Of a stretch of DNA of 64,000 nt, positions 10,401-18,425 are shown piece after piece (position 1 is the stretch's first letter; each line of letters starts with the position of its first letter). Position numbers and translations under genes: made by a program. The DNA comes from Candidatus Latescibacterota bacterium (lineage in GTDB: Bacteria > Latescibacterota > UBA2968 > UBA8231): NCBI GenBank assembly GCA_964291625.2, contig OZ220090.1:544001-608000 (forward strand), given 5' to 3'. The notes beneath the pieces are model-generated. The model saw nothing but the letters and a program-made list of their open reading frames with translations. It did not search any database and was not told where the DNA came from.

Positions 10401-11920
10401 GGAACTGGTACATCACCTACGACGGCGAGGAGAAGAAGTACACCGAGATCCGGCACGACGGCCTGATGGTGCGCGCCACGGGCCTCCTCGGCCTCGCCTC
10501 CCAGGAGCAGCGGGTGACCGAACTGGCCTCGACCCTCTCGGCGGGGAGCTGGTTCGCGGATGGCGACGAGTCGACCTGCCTGATCTCGGAGGGAATGGCG
10601 GAAGGTCTGGGAATCGGCTCCGGCGAAGTGGGGGAGGCCGAGGTGCAGGTCTTCGGCAAGAGGCTGACCGTGGCCGGGATCTTCTCCGCCGATGCCTTCA
10701 ACGAGGTGCGCGATCTCGACGACGAGCCCCTCAGTCCGGCGGACTTCCAGCTGTCGAGCATGCAGGCCCTGGGTCCCGCGGAAGGGCCGCAGATGACCGT
10801 GCAGGAGGAGGAGGAGACGTCAGAGGTGCGGCCCTTCGTCCACCTCGACCCCGCCAACGTGCTCATCCTGCCCTACGAGGCGCTGAAGGTCGCCTTCGGT
10901 GACCTGCGCTCCGTGGCCATCCGCTTCGACGAGGGCGCTCCGGCTCAGGAACTGATCGAGGAGTTCCTGCAGCGCATTTCCGGAACCGTCTTCGCCGGCC
11001 TTCCGGACGAGGAAGGCCGCATCGATGTCGTCTCATACACCTCTCTGGGGGGCACCTCCGTCGAGGGGCTGGCGGCCCTGATCGTGCCGATGCTGATCGC
11101 CGCCCTCATCGTCCTCAACACGATGATGGGCGCCGTGTACGAACGCTTCCGGGAGATCGGCATCTACTCCTCCGTGGGGCTGGCGCCGATGCACATCGCC
11201 CTGCTCTTCATCGCCGAGGCCTGCGTGTACGCGGTCATGGGGGTGACCCTGGGCTACCTCATCGGCCAGATCCTCGGCCGCGGGCTGGTGCACTTCGACC
11301 TGCTGGGGGGCATGAACCTCAACTACTCCTCCTTCGCCGCCATCCTCGCCGCCTGCATGGTCATGGGGGTCGTGCTGCTGTCCACCATCTACCCGGCCCG
11401 CGTCGCCTCCCGCTCGGCCGTTCCCGACACGGTCCGGCGCTGGCGGCCGCCGCCGCCCGACGGCGACCGCTGGGAATTCGACTTCCCCTTCATGGTGGGC
11501 CGGAGCGAGGTGGTGGGGATCTGCGGGTTCCTGGCCAACTTCTTCAGCGCCTACAGCGAGGAGTCGATCGGCGACTTCTACGCCGACAAGGTGCGGATCA
11601 CCACCGGGGAGACGCCGGCGGGACCTGAGTACGCCGTGCAGCTGCTGTTGTGGCTGGCCCCCTTCGACATGGGCGTGAGCCAGTTCGTGCAGATCGAGCT
11701 GGCGCCCACGTCCACGCCCGGGGTCTGCGACGTGCAGATCTACATCCACCGGGTCAGCGGCCAGGACACCTACTGGCAGCGGGTCAACCGCCGCTTCGTC
11801 AACCACCTGCGCAAGGAGTTCCTGATCTGGCACACCCTCGACGCGGAGTCCAAGGCCTTCCACGATCAGAGCGCCCGAGAGCGGATGGCGGCTGAGGAGG
11901 CAGGGGAGGTCACAGCGTAG
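7475..11920 (+). CDS. 1481-aa signal-peptide protein: PA + degenerate M28 peptidase-like ectodomain fused to a MacB/FtsX-type permease
   Basis: ATG 7475 overlaps the upstream TGA (ATGA). Signal peptide ends AALA-DG. M28-like SYYDG...APSAEASSGAAAMLELAR; SNMRRRRLRTGLTLL and VYERFREIGIYSSVG are MacB/FtsX motifs. Confidence 0.8.
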   Translation: MSGPHSRPALALMAWLQLSAAALADGPDLWAIPDEGQRLRASVEYLSGLGSRISGHEGGRRAGDWIEGQLSALDLGSVHRETFPITVPVELGGRSRLEVVDTGEEFDMHGLWPNGPRTTTTPPEGLEGQLTWAGNGEYTDFEGRQLHGRVVLMEFNTWDRWVRLAALGARAVIFIEPAETSYPQTEDKSLIVPVDVPRFWIGSEAGRQLQRRLEGGAEIGVRLHSRMDWVERPCANLWVEVTGADTARAPQRIVVQSYYDGTSIVPSLAPSAEASSGAAAMLELARHLRDHPPARTVVLLLTGSHFQDRAGIVDFIERHTRKSDYFAPFTDSMAVDLYVGLDLSTKTDQVAIWNNTTSFDLKRFFVPFGRRYTRYAEETAAELGRAGEPLLLNGISPIRGMDWSTFVPDGAFVDTRLAMLAGQVALSFVTAHDARFPLATPLDTPGRMNQDNLLSQSRFLKGVLSRSFDDPDLFTGLEDFGPVLKDQLRTHTVRVRAFPRRSQIPDRTVADALVMVGAGTHKGLNMSRSYLTDELGDVTVSGLVVGATSVVAYVLDPETGRVVYAPDLSERGQKHHGKPLASGRMNWSIRWNKDSKPLVVFPSRQRTLFGLTHPNQLVGLASLKMIGSGGIPPRQFGYAFGRTLSSNLCVVFAPQESAVEDPRLKMLFGDMLLLNSPGGVSEKEAKGTGYDLAVDDLLPSELFALRDTWRLNDARLATMRSHAIENQRITRLHEAGRRFLARAEDSLREGRWRDYVAEVRSGLGVTLKAYPQVKATLNDVIKGIVFFLALVVPTAFFGERLLFAASDIRWQIGGFFVLLLVVWILISQVHPAFDIAHPLIILLAFFIMAMAVFVLGMVSSRFNRFIKEYQAERAKVHETDISRASAAYAAFMLGISNMRRRRLRTGLTLLTLTLLTFTVLSFTSVRPEVWYFVFPLRHEGSYTGALIRDRGWNSLPETTLEYARSHFEEHGLVVPRNWYITYDGEEKKYTEIRHDGLMVRATGLLGLASQEQRVTELASTLSAGSWFADGDESTCLISEGMAEGLGIGSGEVGEAEVQVFGKRLTVAGIFSADAFNEVRDLDDEPLSPADFQLSSMQALGPAEGPQMTVQEEEETSEVRPFVHLDPANVLILPYEALKVAFGDLRSVAIRFDEGAPAQELIEEFLQRISGTVFAGLPDEEGRIDVVSYTSLGGTSVEGLAALIVPMLIAALIVLNTMMGAVYERFREIGIYSSVGLAPMHIALLFIAEACVYAVMGVTLGYLIGQILGRGLVHFDLLGGMNLNYSSFAAILAACMVMGVVLLSTIYPARVASRSAVPDTVRRWRPPPPDGDRWEFDFPFMVGRSEVVGICGFLANFFSAYSEESIGDFYADKVRITTGETPAGPEYAVQLLLWLAPFDMGVSQFVQIELAPTSTPGVCDVQIYIHRVSGQDTYWQRVNRRFVNHLRKEFLIWHTLDAESKAFHDQSARERMAAEEAGEVTA

Positions 11921-11923
11921 ACC

Positions 11924-14617
11924 ATGGCCGAAAACGGAAAGCAGAGCCTGCGCCAGCGGCTGCGGAGGTCGCAGTGGCAGGAGGTGGAGGAGTACCGCGC
12001 CCTGCTGGAGCCGGCCGAGCAGTTCGAGAGCGGCTTCACGATGCGCACCATCATCGGCGTCCTCTTCATCTCCCTGGTCATGACCCCGGGGGAGATGTAC
12101 CTGGGCCTGGTCACGGGCGGGGGCATCGGCGCTGCGGCCCAGTGGGTGACGGTGATCCTCTTCCTCGAGGTGGCCAAGCGGTCCTTCACCTCCCTGCGCC
12201 GGCAGGAGATCTACCTGCTGGTCTACGTGGCCTCGGCCCTGGTGGCCCGGGAGGAGGGGGCCTTCCTCGACCTGCTCTTCCGGCAGTACTTCGTGCGCTC
12301 CGCCGAGGCCGAGATGTTCGGCATATCCAAGCTGCTGCCGTTCTGGTACGTGCCCCATCCCGAGTCGCCGGCCCTGGCGGCGCGCACCTTCCTGCACCGC
12401 GACTGGCTGTGGCCCATCGCCCTGCTGATCATGGGCACCATCGTCGGCCGCGTCAGTTGGTTCACCTCGGGGTACCTGCTCTTCCGCCTGACCTCCGACC
12501 GCGAGCGCCTGCCCTTTCCCACGGCGCCCATGTCGGCTCTTTCAGCCATGGCCCTGGCCGAGGAGAGCGGCGGCGAGAAGGAGACCTGGAAGTGGCCCGT
12601 GTTCTCCCTGGGAGGGGTCATGGGCGCCGTCTTCGGCGTCATCTACGTGGGCATCCCTACCCTGACCGAGGTCCTGCAGGGGACGAAGGTCACCCTTATC
12701 CCGATCCCCTGGTGGGACCTGACGCCGTACCTGGGCAACCTCCTGCCGGCCGCGCCCGTGGGGATCACCCTCCACCTCGGGATCATCTTCGGTGGCCTCC
12801 TGGCCCCGTTCTGGGGGATCATCGGGTCGAGCCTGGGCGTGATTGTGCACACGGCGGTAAGCCCGTGGCTGCACGCCCATGGCATGCTTCCGGGCTGGTC
12901 CCTGGGGATGGGCCTCATCGAGACGCAGATCGTCACCGGCATCGACTTCTGGAGGGCCTTCTCCATCGGCATCACCATCGCCGTGACGGTCATCAGCTTC
13001 TACCAGCTCTTCGCCACCGCCCGTCAGCGCCGCATGGCGACCCGCGACGAGTTCCTCGGGGAGAAACGCGAGTACCCGAGGACCTGCGTCCACGACGGCT
13101 GCAACGCCCCCTCGCAGGTCCGCGGCTACTGCATCAAGCACCTGGGCCGGGGCGACTTCAACCTCTGGGTCTGCGTCGTCCTGTTCGCCATGGCCGCCCT
13201 CTACCCCATCGTGCTCGCCAAGACCCTCTTCCCGTCCCTGGTGACCACGGGTCTGCTCATCGTGTTCTTCGGCATCGCCTTCGTGTACGCGCCGATCATG
13301 TCCTTCGTCTCGGCTCGGCTCGACGGGCTCATCGGCCGCGAGGTGTCGATCCCGTACATCAACGAGGCGATCATCTTCCTCACCGGGTACCGCGGCGTCG
13401 ACATCTGGTTCGTGCCCTTCCCGACCCGCAACTACGGGGGCCACGCCGAGGGCTTCCGCGTCGTCGAACTCACGGGCATGCGCTTCACCAGCCTGTTGCA
13501 CGCCGAGCTCTTCATGCTGCCCATCGTCTTCGGCGTGAGCCTCATGTACTGGAGCTTCCTGTGGCGCCTGGGGCCCATCCCCTCGGAGAGCTATCCCTAC
13601 GCCCAGCTCATGTGGCCCCTGCAGGCCTTCAACCAGGCCCTGTTCTACTCCAGCACCATGTACAACAAGATGTGGCGGGCGGGAGAGGAGGTGGACGGGC
13701 GCCGCGTCGATGGCGGGGAGGTGGTCTGGAGCCCGTCCAACCTGCAGGACAGGGAGTGGTGGTACTGGCGGGTGCGGGTCACGGACGACGTGGACGTGCC
13801 CGACGCGGAGAGGCGGGAGTACGGCCCTTGGTCGAAGACGGGGTTCTTCTACACCAACTTCGGAGACGGAACCCCGCCGTCCGACGTGCCGGAGCGCGTC
13901 TTCGACCTGCTCGCCGACGCCGAGCGCAGGGCGGCGATGAAGAGTCAGCAGTCCCGCGCTCCCCCTGAGCCGGGCACAGGGCACACGGCGGAGCTGCTGT
14001 GGCCCGCCCCCGGCGAGGTCGTGGACACGGCGAACCCGAACTTCCACGCCCGGGTGACGGGGGTGCCCGACTCGCTCGAGCTCTACTTCGAGGTGGACAG
14101 ACTGCCCACCTTCGACGGGGAGTTCCTGCAGCGCTCCACGGACTGGCCGCTCATGTTCCAGGCCTTGTGGCGGGATCTTCGCTACACAGGCGACCGGCGG
14201 GACAACGACGGCGACGGCCAGATCGACGAGGAGCTCTACAACCTCAAGGACGACGACGGCGACGGACGGACCGACGAGGACTACCACCATCCCCTCGACG
14301 GCTGGAAGTGGCCGATCATGCTCTTCGGCGCCGGCTTCGGGCTGGTCATGTACTTCGGCCTCTCCTTCCTCGGCCTGCCCGTCTTCCTCATCTGGGGTTA
14401 CGTGCAGAGCGTTCTGGGGGTGCCCACCAGTCTGCTGCCCCAGCTCGCCGGGGCCCTGCTCGCCCGGTTCTACTTCTGGAAGCGCTACGGCCGGCAGGAG
14501 TGGCGCCGGTACGCCATGGTGCTCACCGTCGGCTTCGGCGTGGGCATGTCCCTCATCGGCATGTTCTGCGCCGCCCTCGCCATGATCAGCAAGGCGGTCT
14601 CGGCCCTGCAGTACTGA
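11924..14617 (+). CDS. OPT-superfamily-like transporter with inserted soluble domains
   Basis: GFTMRTII N-terminus, ERLPFPTA motif, many TM helices, insertions CxxxxC..CxxH, YWRVRV..GPWS and DNDGDGQIDEE. Confidence 0.75.
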   Translation: MAENGKQSLRQRLRRSQWQEVEEYRALLEPAEQFESGFTMRTIIGVLFISLVMTPGEMYLGLVTGGGIGAAAQWVTVILFLEVAKRSFTSLRRQEIYLLVYVASALVAREEGAFLDLLFRQYFVRSAEAEMFGISKLLPFWYVPHPESPALAARTFLHRDWLWPIALLIMGTIVGRVSWFTSGYLLFRLTSDRERLPFPTAPMSALSAMALAEESGGEKETWKWPVFSLGGVMGAVFGVIYVGIPTLTEVLQGTKVTLIPIPWWDLTPYLGNLLPAAPVGITLHLGIIFGGLLAPFWGIIGSSLGVIVHTAVSPWLHAHGMLPGWSLGMGLIETQIVTGIDFWRAFSIGITIAVTVISFYQLFATARQRRMATRDEFLGEKREYPRTCVHDGCNAPSQVRGYCIKHLGRGDFNLWVCVVLFAMAALYPIVLAKTLFPSLVTTGLLIVFFGIAFVYAPIMSFVSARLDGLIGREVSIPYINEAIIFLTGYRGVDIWFVPFPTRNYGGHAEGFRVVELTGMRFTSLLHAELFMLPIVFGVSLMYWSFLWRLGPIPSESYPYAQLMWPLQAFNQALFYSSTMYNKMWRAGEEVDGRRVDGGEVVWSPSNLQDREWWYWRVRVTDDVDVPDAERREYGPWSKTGFFYTNFGDGTPPSDVPERVFDLLADAERRAAMKSQQSRAPPEPGTGHTAELLWPAPGEVVDTANPNFHARVTGVPDSLELYFEVDRLPTFDGEFLQRSTDWPLMFQALWRDLRYTGDRRDNDGDGQIDEELYNLKDDDGDGRTDEDYHHPLDGWKWPIMLFGAGFGLVMYFGLSFLGLPVFLIWGYVQSVLGVPTSLLPQLAGALLARFYFWKRYGRQEWRRYAMVLTVGFGVGMSLIGMFCAALAMISKAVSALQY

Positions 14618-14624
14618 CGGTCCT

Positions 14625-15695
14625 TCACGGCCGCGGACGGTCCCCGGGACCTGCCGGGGCCCGGGGTCCCTCCTCCCGGCGCGAGCGGCGCCGCTGCAGG
14701 AAGGCCGGCAGTCCGACGGCCAGGTAGGTGAGGTTGGCCAGGGCGTGGACGACGGTGGCGCAGGCCATGGCCGCCGCCAGGGGAACGGCGAAGAGGACGT
14801 GGAGGGAGTAGCCGTAGAAGTAGTGGTACGGTCCGGTGCCCGCAGGCGCCGGGATCACCACCCCGATCGATGACACGGCCATGATGACGAGGGCCTCCGC
14901 CGTCCCGAGGGACCAGGGGGGGCCATCGAAACCGAAGGCCACGTAGGACTGGTAGATGATGAGGATGTAGGCCAGGTTCAGCAGGATGGAGCTGACCACG
15001 ACCTCGGCCACTGCGGAGGCAGACCGGAGAGCCACCAGCCCCTGGACGAAACTCCGGAGCATGTCTCCCAGACGGGAAGCCAGACCTTCCGACAGCCGAC
15101 CCGTCATGGTTTCCACGACTCGGATGCCGCGGTCTCCAAAGGCGTATGCGCCTGCCATCGCGGCGGCGACGGCAACGCAGGCGGCCAGGACACAGAGCTT
15201 GGCTTCCGCCAGGGACAGGGTGAAGGTGGTTCCCCGGACCTCGGTCTCCCATGGGAAGAGAGCGGCCACCCGTTCCGGAACCACCGCCAGGGAGAGGGCG
15301 AGGAGCGAAGCCAGGCACAGCAGGTCCACGGCCCGCTCCACCACCACCGTGCCGAGGACGGCGCTGAGGCTTGCGCCTCGTCGCCACTTGAGGCTCAGGG
15401 CGCGCGCTGCTTCGCCGGCCCGCGGCAGGGCGATGTTGGCGCTGTAGCAGACGCCCAGGGACAGGGTGGCGTCGAGGACGGTCACCGTGGGGGCCACCGG
15501 GCGCAGCAGCACGATCCAGCGCCAGCCGCGCAACACCAGGGTGAGCACTGTCGTGGCCGCCATGGCCGCCATCCAGCCCGGCGAGACCGCCCGCGCCGCC
15601 GCCCACAAGGCGCCGGCGTCGATGCCCCGGAAGGCCCAGTAGAGGAACAGGGCCATCAGACCGGGACCGACGACGTATCTGGAGAGGAACTTCAC
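14625..15695 (-). CDS. Lysylphosphatidylglycerol-synthase TM / UPF0104 flippase-like membrane protein
   Basis: RGWRW, NIALPRAGEAAR, TVVVER, PAPAGTGPYH motifs; start placed at GTG 15695. Confidence 0.85.
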   Translation of the reverse strand: MKFLSRYVVGPGLMALFLYWAFRGIDAGALWAAARAVSPGWMAAMAATTVLTLVLRGWRWIVLLRPVAPTVTVLDATLSLGVCYSANIALPRAGEAARALSLKWRRGASLSAVLGTVVVERAVDLLCLASLLALSLAVVPERVAALFPWETEVRGTTFTLSLAEAKLCVLAACVAVAAAMAGAYAFGDRGIRVVETMTGRLSEGLASRLGDMLRSFVQGLVALRSASAVAEVVVSSILLNLAYILIIYQSYVAFGFDGPPWSLGTAEALVIMAVSSIGVVIPAPAGTGPYHYFYGYSLHVLFAVPLAAAMACATVVHALANLTYLAVGLPAFLQRRRSRREEGPRAPAGPGDRPRP

Positions 15696-15732
15696 AGGCG
15701 GGCGCCGCGGAGGGGGAGCCCCGCGTGGCCGG

Positions 15733-16134
15733 TCAGGTGTAGACCTGGTGGGGATCGAAGATGCGTTCGTCGACGATTTCCCACCGCTGCTCATCGCGGT
15801 TCCATCGCCGGTAGTAGCAGGAGTGGTACCCCCGGGCACAGGCCGCCACCTCCTGGTCGACCCGGACCTCGAGGGAGTTGCCGTCGCAGTTGAGGCGGAT
15901 CTCCCGCACTCTCTGCACATGTCCCGACTCGACGCCCTTCTTCTGCACCCTTCCCTGCGAGCGCCGGTACAGGTGGACCAGGCCGCTTTCGAGGGTCAGG
16001 TGGAGGGCCTCCTCGTTCAGGTAGCAGAGCACCAGGAGCCGGCCCGTCGACCAATCGGTGACCGCCGCCGGCACCAGGCCGTCGGGCCCGAAGTCGATCT
16101 CCGCGGCGATGCTGCTCTTCACGCCCATGGTCAC
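15733..16134 (-). CDS. hisI: Phosphoribosyl-AMP cyclohydrolase (HisI)-like protein with degenerate active site
   Basis: DGLVPA, KGVESGHVQRV, NCDGN, ACARG..SC; HisI fold motifs with key substitutions. Confidence 0.75.
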   Translation of the reverse strand: MTMGVKSSIAAEIDFGPDGLVPAAVTDWSTGRLLVLCYLNEEALHLTLESGLVHLYRRSQGRVQKKGVESGHVQRVREIRLNCDGNSLEVRVDQEVAACARGYHSCYYRRWNRDEQRWEIVDERIFDPHQVYT

Positions 16135-16871
16135 TCCAGGAGATCCTCGGCCACGTCGGCCACGAGGGTGCCGGCATCCTCTCCCTCACAGATCCTCTGC
16201 ACGGTGCCGGTCTCGGTGACGTCGAAGAGGTGCAGGGGAAGGCCGTTGTCCCTCGCCAGGATGACGGCGGTCTGGTCGATGACCCGCAGGTCGCGGCTCA
16301 GGATCGTGTTGTAGTGCATGCGCCGGTACATCCGCGCCCGGGGATCGATCTTCGGATCGGCGGTGAACACCCCCCGGGCGCCGTTCTTGGCGTAGAGGAT
16401 GGCGTTGGAGCGCGTCTCCAGGGCGCGTTGCACGGCCGGGTAGTCCGTGGTCAGGTACGGCTGGCCCAGCCCCCCTGCGAAGATGACCACGTATCCCTTC
16501 TTCAGGTGCTGGATCGCCCGCAGACGGATGTAGGGTTCGGCCACCATGTTGATCTCGATCGCCGTCATGACGCGCACCTCGACGTCGCCCCCGGACTTGG
16601 ACGACAGCACGCCGCGCAGCATGAGGCTGTTCACCACCGTGCCCATCATGCCGATGTTGTCGGCCTCGGCCCGTTCGATGCCCCATTGGGAGGAGAGGTC
16701 GCCGCGGAAGATGTTGCCGCCGCCGATGACGACCGAGACCTGCACCCCCCCGGCATGAAGGCGAAGCACCTCGTTGGCGATGTGATCGAGAGCGGCGTGA
16801 TCGAAGCCGTACTCCTTGCCGCCGGAGACCGCCTCGCCGCTGAGCTTGAGGGTTACGCGCCGGTAGCGCAT
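16131..16871 (-). CDS. pyrH: UMP kinase
   Basis: KLSGE, GGGNIFRG, ADNIGM, TTD, ADPK, DQTA motifs; ATG 16871 preceded by AAGGA. Confidence 0.9.
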   Translation of the reverse strand: MRYRRVTLKLSGEAVSGGKEYGFDHAALDHIANEVLRLHAGGVQVSVVIGGGNIFRGDLSSQWGIERAEADNIGMMGTVVNSLMLRGVLSSKSGGDVEVRVMTAIEINMVAEPYIRLRAIQHLKKGYVVIFAGGLGQPYLTTDYPAVQRALETRSNAILYAKNGARGVFTADPKIDPRARMYRRMHYNTILSRDLRVIDQTAVILARDNGLPLHLFDVTETGTVQRICEGEDAGTLVADVAEDLLE

Positions 16872-16882
16872 GGTGTCCTTGC

Positions 16883-18322
16883 TCAAAGGAGGCGACCCTT
16901 CTCGACCTCGGCCGCCGCGGGCCACCTGGCCACGACATCGTCCACGCGGCGGGAGAACCGGTCGACCTGCTCGGCGGCGAGGCCGACGAAGTCGGCGCCG
17001 CGGGACAGCAGGTCCTCGATCTCGGCGGTGCTCAGCGGCACCCGGCCGTCGCCGCCCAGACGCTGGACGAGGTCGTTCTCGGTGGCGCCTTGCTCCCGCA
17101 GGGCCAGGGCCGCCGCAACGGCGTGCTCCCGGATCGCCTCGTGGACCTCCTCGCGGCCCCCGCCGCGGCGGAGGGACTCCATCAGCAGGGTGGTGGTGGC
17201 GAGGAAGGGCAGGTAGCGCTCGAGCTCACGGGCCAGCGCGGCTTCGTAGACCCCCATGTCGTCGACGACGTGGAGGGCCGTCTCCAGCAGGCCGTCGAAG
17301 GCGAAGCAGCTGTCGGGCAGGGCGACGCGCCGCACCACCGAGCAGGAGATGTCGCCCTCGAACCACTGGTCTCCCACGAGCCCTCCGAGCATGTGGACGT
17401 AGCCGCCGAGGACGACCTGCAGGCCGTTGATCCGCTCGGCGCTGCGCGTGTTCATCTTGTGAGGCATGGCCGATGAGCCCACCTGGCCGCGGGCGAAGCC
17501 CTCGGTAGCGGCCTCGGCCCCGGCCATGAGGCGCAGGGTGCGGGCCAGGTTGGCGATGCCGCCGCCCATCTGGTAGAGGCAGCTGACGACCTCGAAGTCG
17601 AGGCCCCGGGGATAGACCTGGCCCACGGCGTCGAGCCGCGCTTCGAACCCGAGGTGGGCCCGGACCCGGTCCTGCAGCTCTTCCACTCTTTCCGCCTCGC
17701 CGCCGAACAGGGTGAGCTGGTCGAGGGCGGTGCCGACGGCCCCCTGCAGACCCCGCAGGGGGTACGATGCGGCGAGGGACTCGAGCCGCCGGAAGGCGAT
17801 CAGCATCTCCTCGCCGTAGGCGGCGAGACGCTTGCCCATGGTCGTCGGCTGGGCCGCGGCGTGGTGAGTGCGGGCCACCACGGGCAGATCGCGCCACTCC
17901 AGGGCGCGGGCCCGAAGCCGGTCGAGGAGGTGGACGTACTTGGCGGCCAGCAGGCCGATGCTGGTCAGGACCTGGAACTGCTCGACATTGTCGGTCAGGT
18001 CCCGGCTCGTCATGCCCTTGTGGATCTGCTCGTGGCCGGCGAGGGCGCAGAACTCCTCGATGCGGGCCTTGACGTCGTGGCGGGTGCGGAGCTCGCGCCG
18101 GTGGATCGAGGCGAGATCGACCCGGTCCGCGACGGCCTCGCAGGCCTCGACGGCCCCTGCCGGCACCTCGATCCCGAGGTCGGCCTGAGCCTTCAGCACA
18201 GCGATCCAGAGGCGCCGCTCGAGCCGTACCTTGCCCTCATCCGACCACACCGACCGGACCGCGGGGCTGGCGTAGCGGTTGGCGAGGACGTTCGGGTTCG
18301 AGTCCCGGGTCGGGTCAGTCAA
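16883..18322 (-). CDS. purB: Adenylosuccinate lyase
   Basis: LANRYAS, RHDVKA, HKGMTSRD, GSSAMPHKMN signature; start codon uncertain (TTG 18322 chosen). Confidence 0.93.
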   Translation of the reverse strand: MTDPTRDSNPNVLANRYASPAVRSVWSDEGKVRLERRLWIAVLKAQADLGIEVPAGAVEACEAVADRVDLASIHRRELRTRHDVKARIEEFCALAGHEQIHKGMTSRDLTDNVEQFQVLTSIGLLAAKYVHLLDRLRARALEWRDLPVVARTHHAAAQPTTMGKRLAAYGEEMLIAFRRLESLAASYPLRGLQGAVGTALDQLTLFGGEAERVEELQDRVRAHLGFEARLDAVGQVYPRGLDFEVVSCLYQMGGGIANLARTLRLMAGAEAATEGFARGQVGSSAMPHKMNTRSAERINGLQVVLGGYVHMLGGLVGDQWFEGDISCSVVRRVALPDSCFAFDGLLETALHVVDDMGVYEAALARELERYLPFLATTTLLMESLRRGGGREEVHEAIREHAVAAALALREQGATENDLVQRLGGDGRVPLSTAEIEDLLSRGADFVGLAAEQVDRFSRRVDDVVARWPAAAEVEKGRLL

Positions 18323-18425
18323 AGTCTCGTGATCTGAAGTCGAAGAAGGGGCCGGGCACCGGAGCGAAATCATAACGATTCCCCTCCACAATCGCTACCG
18401 GGCCCCTCTCGGAGCCGGGCCGTGG

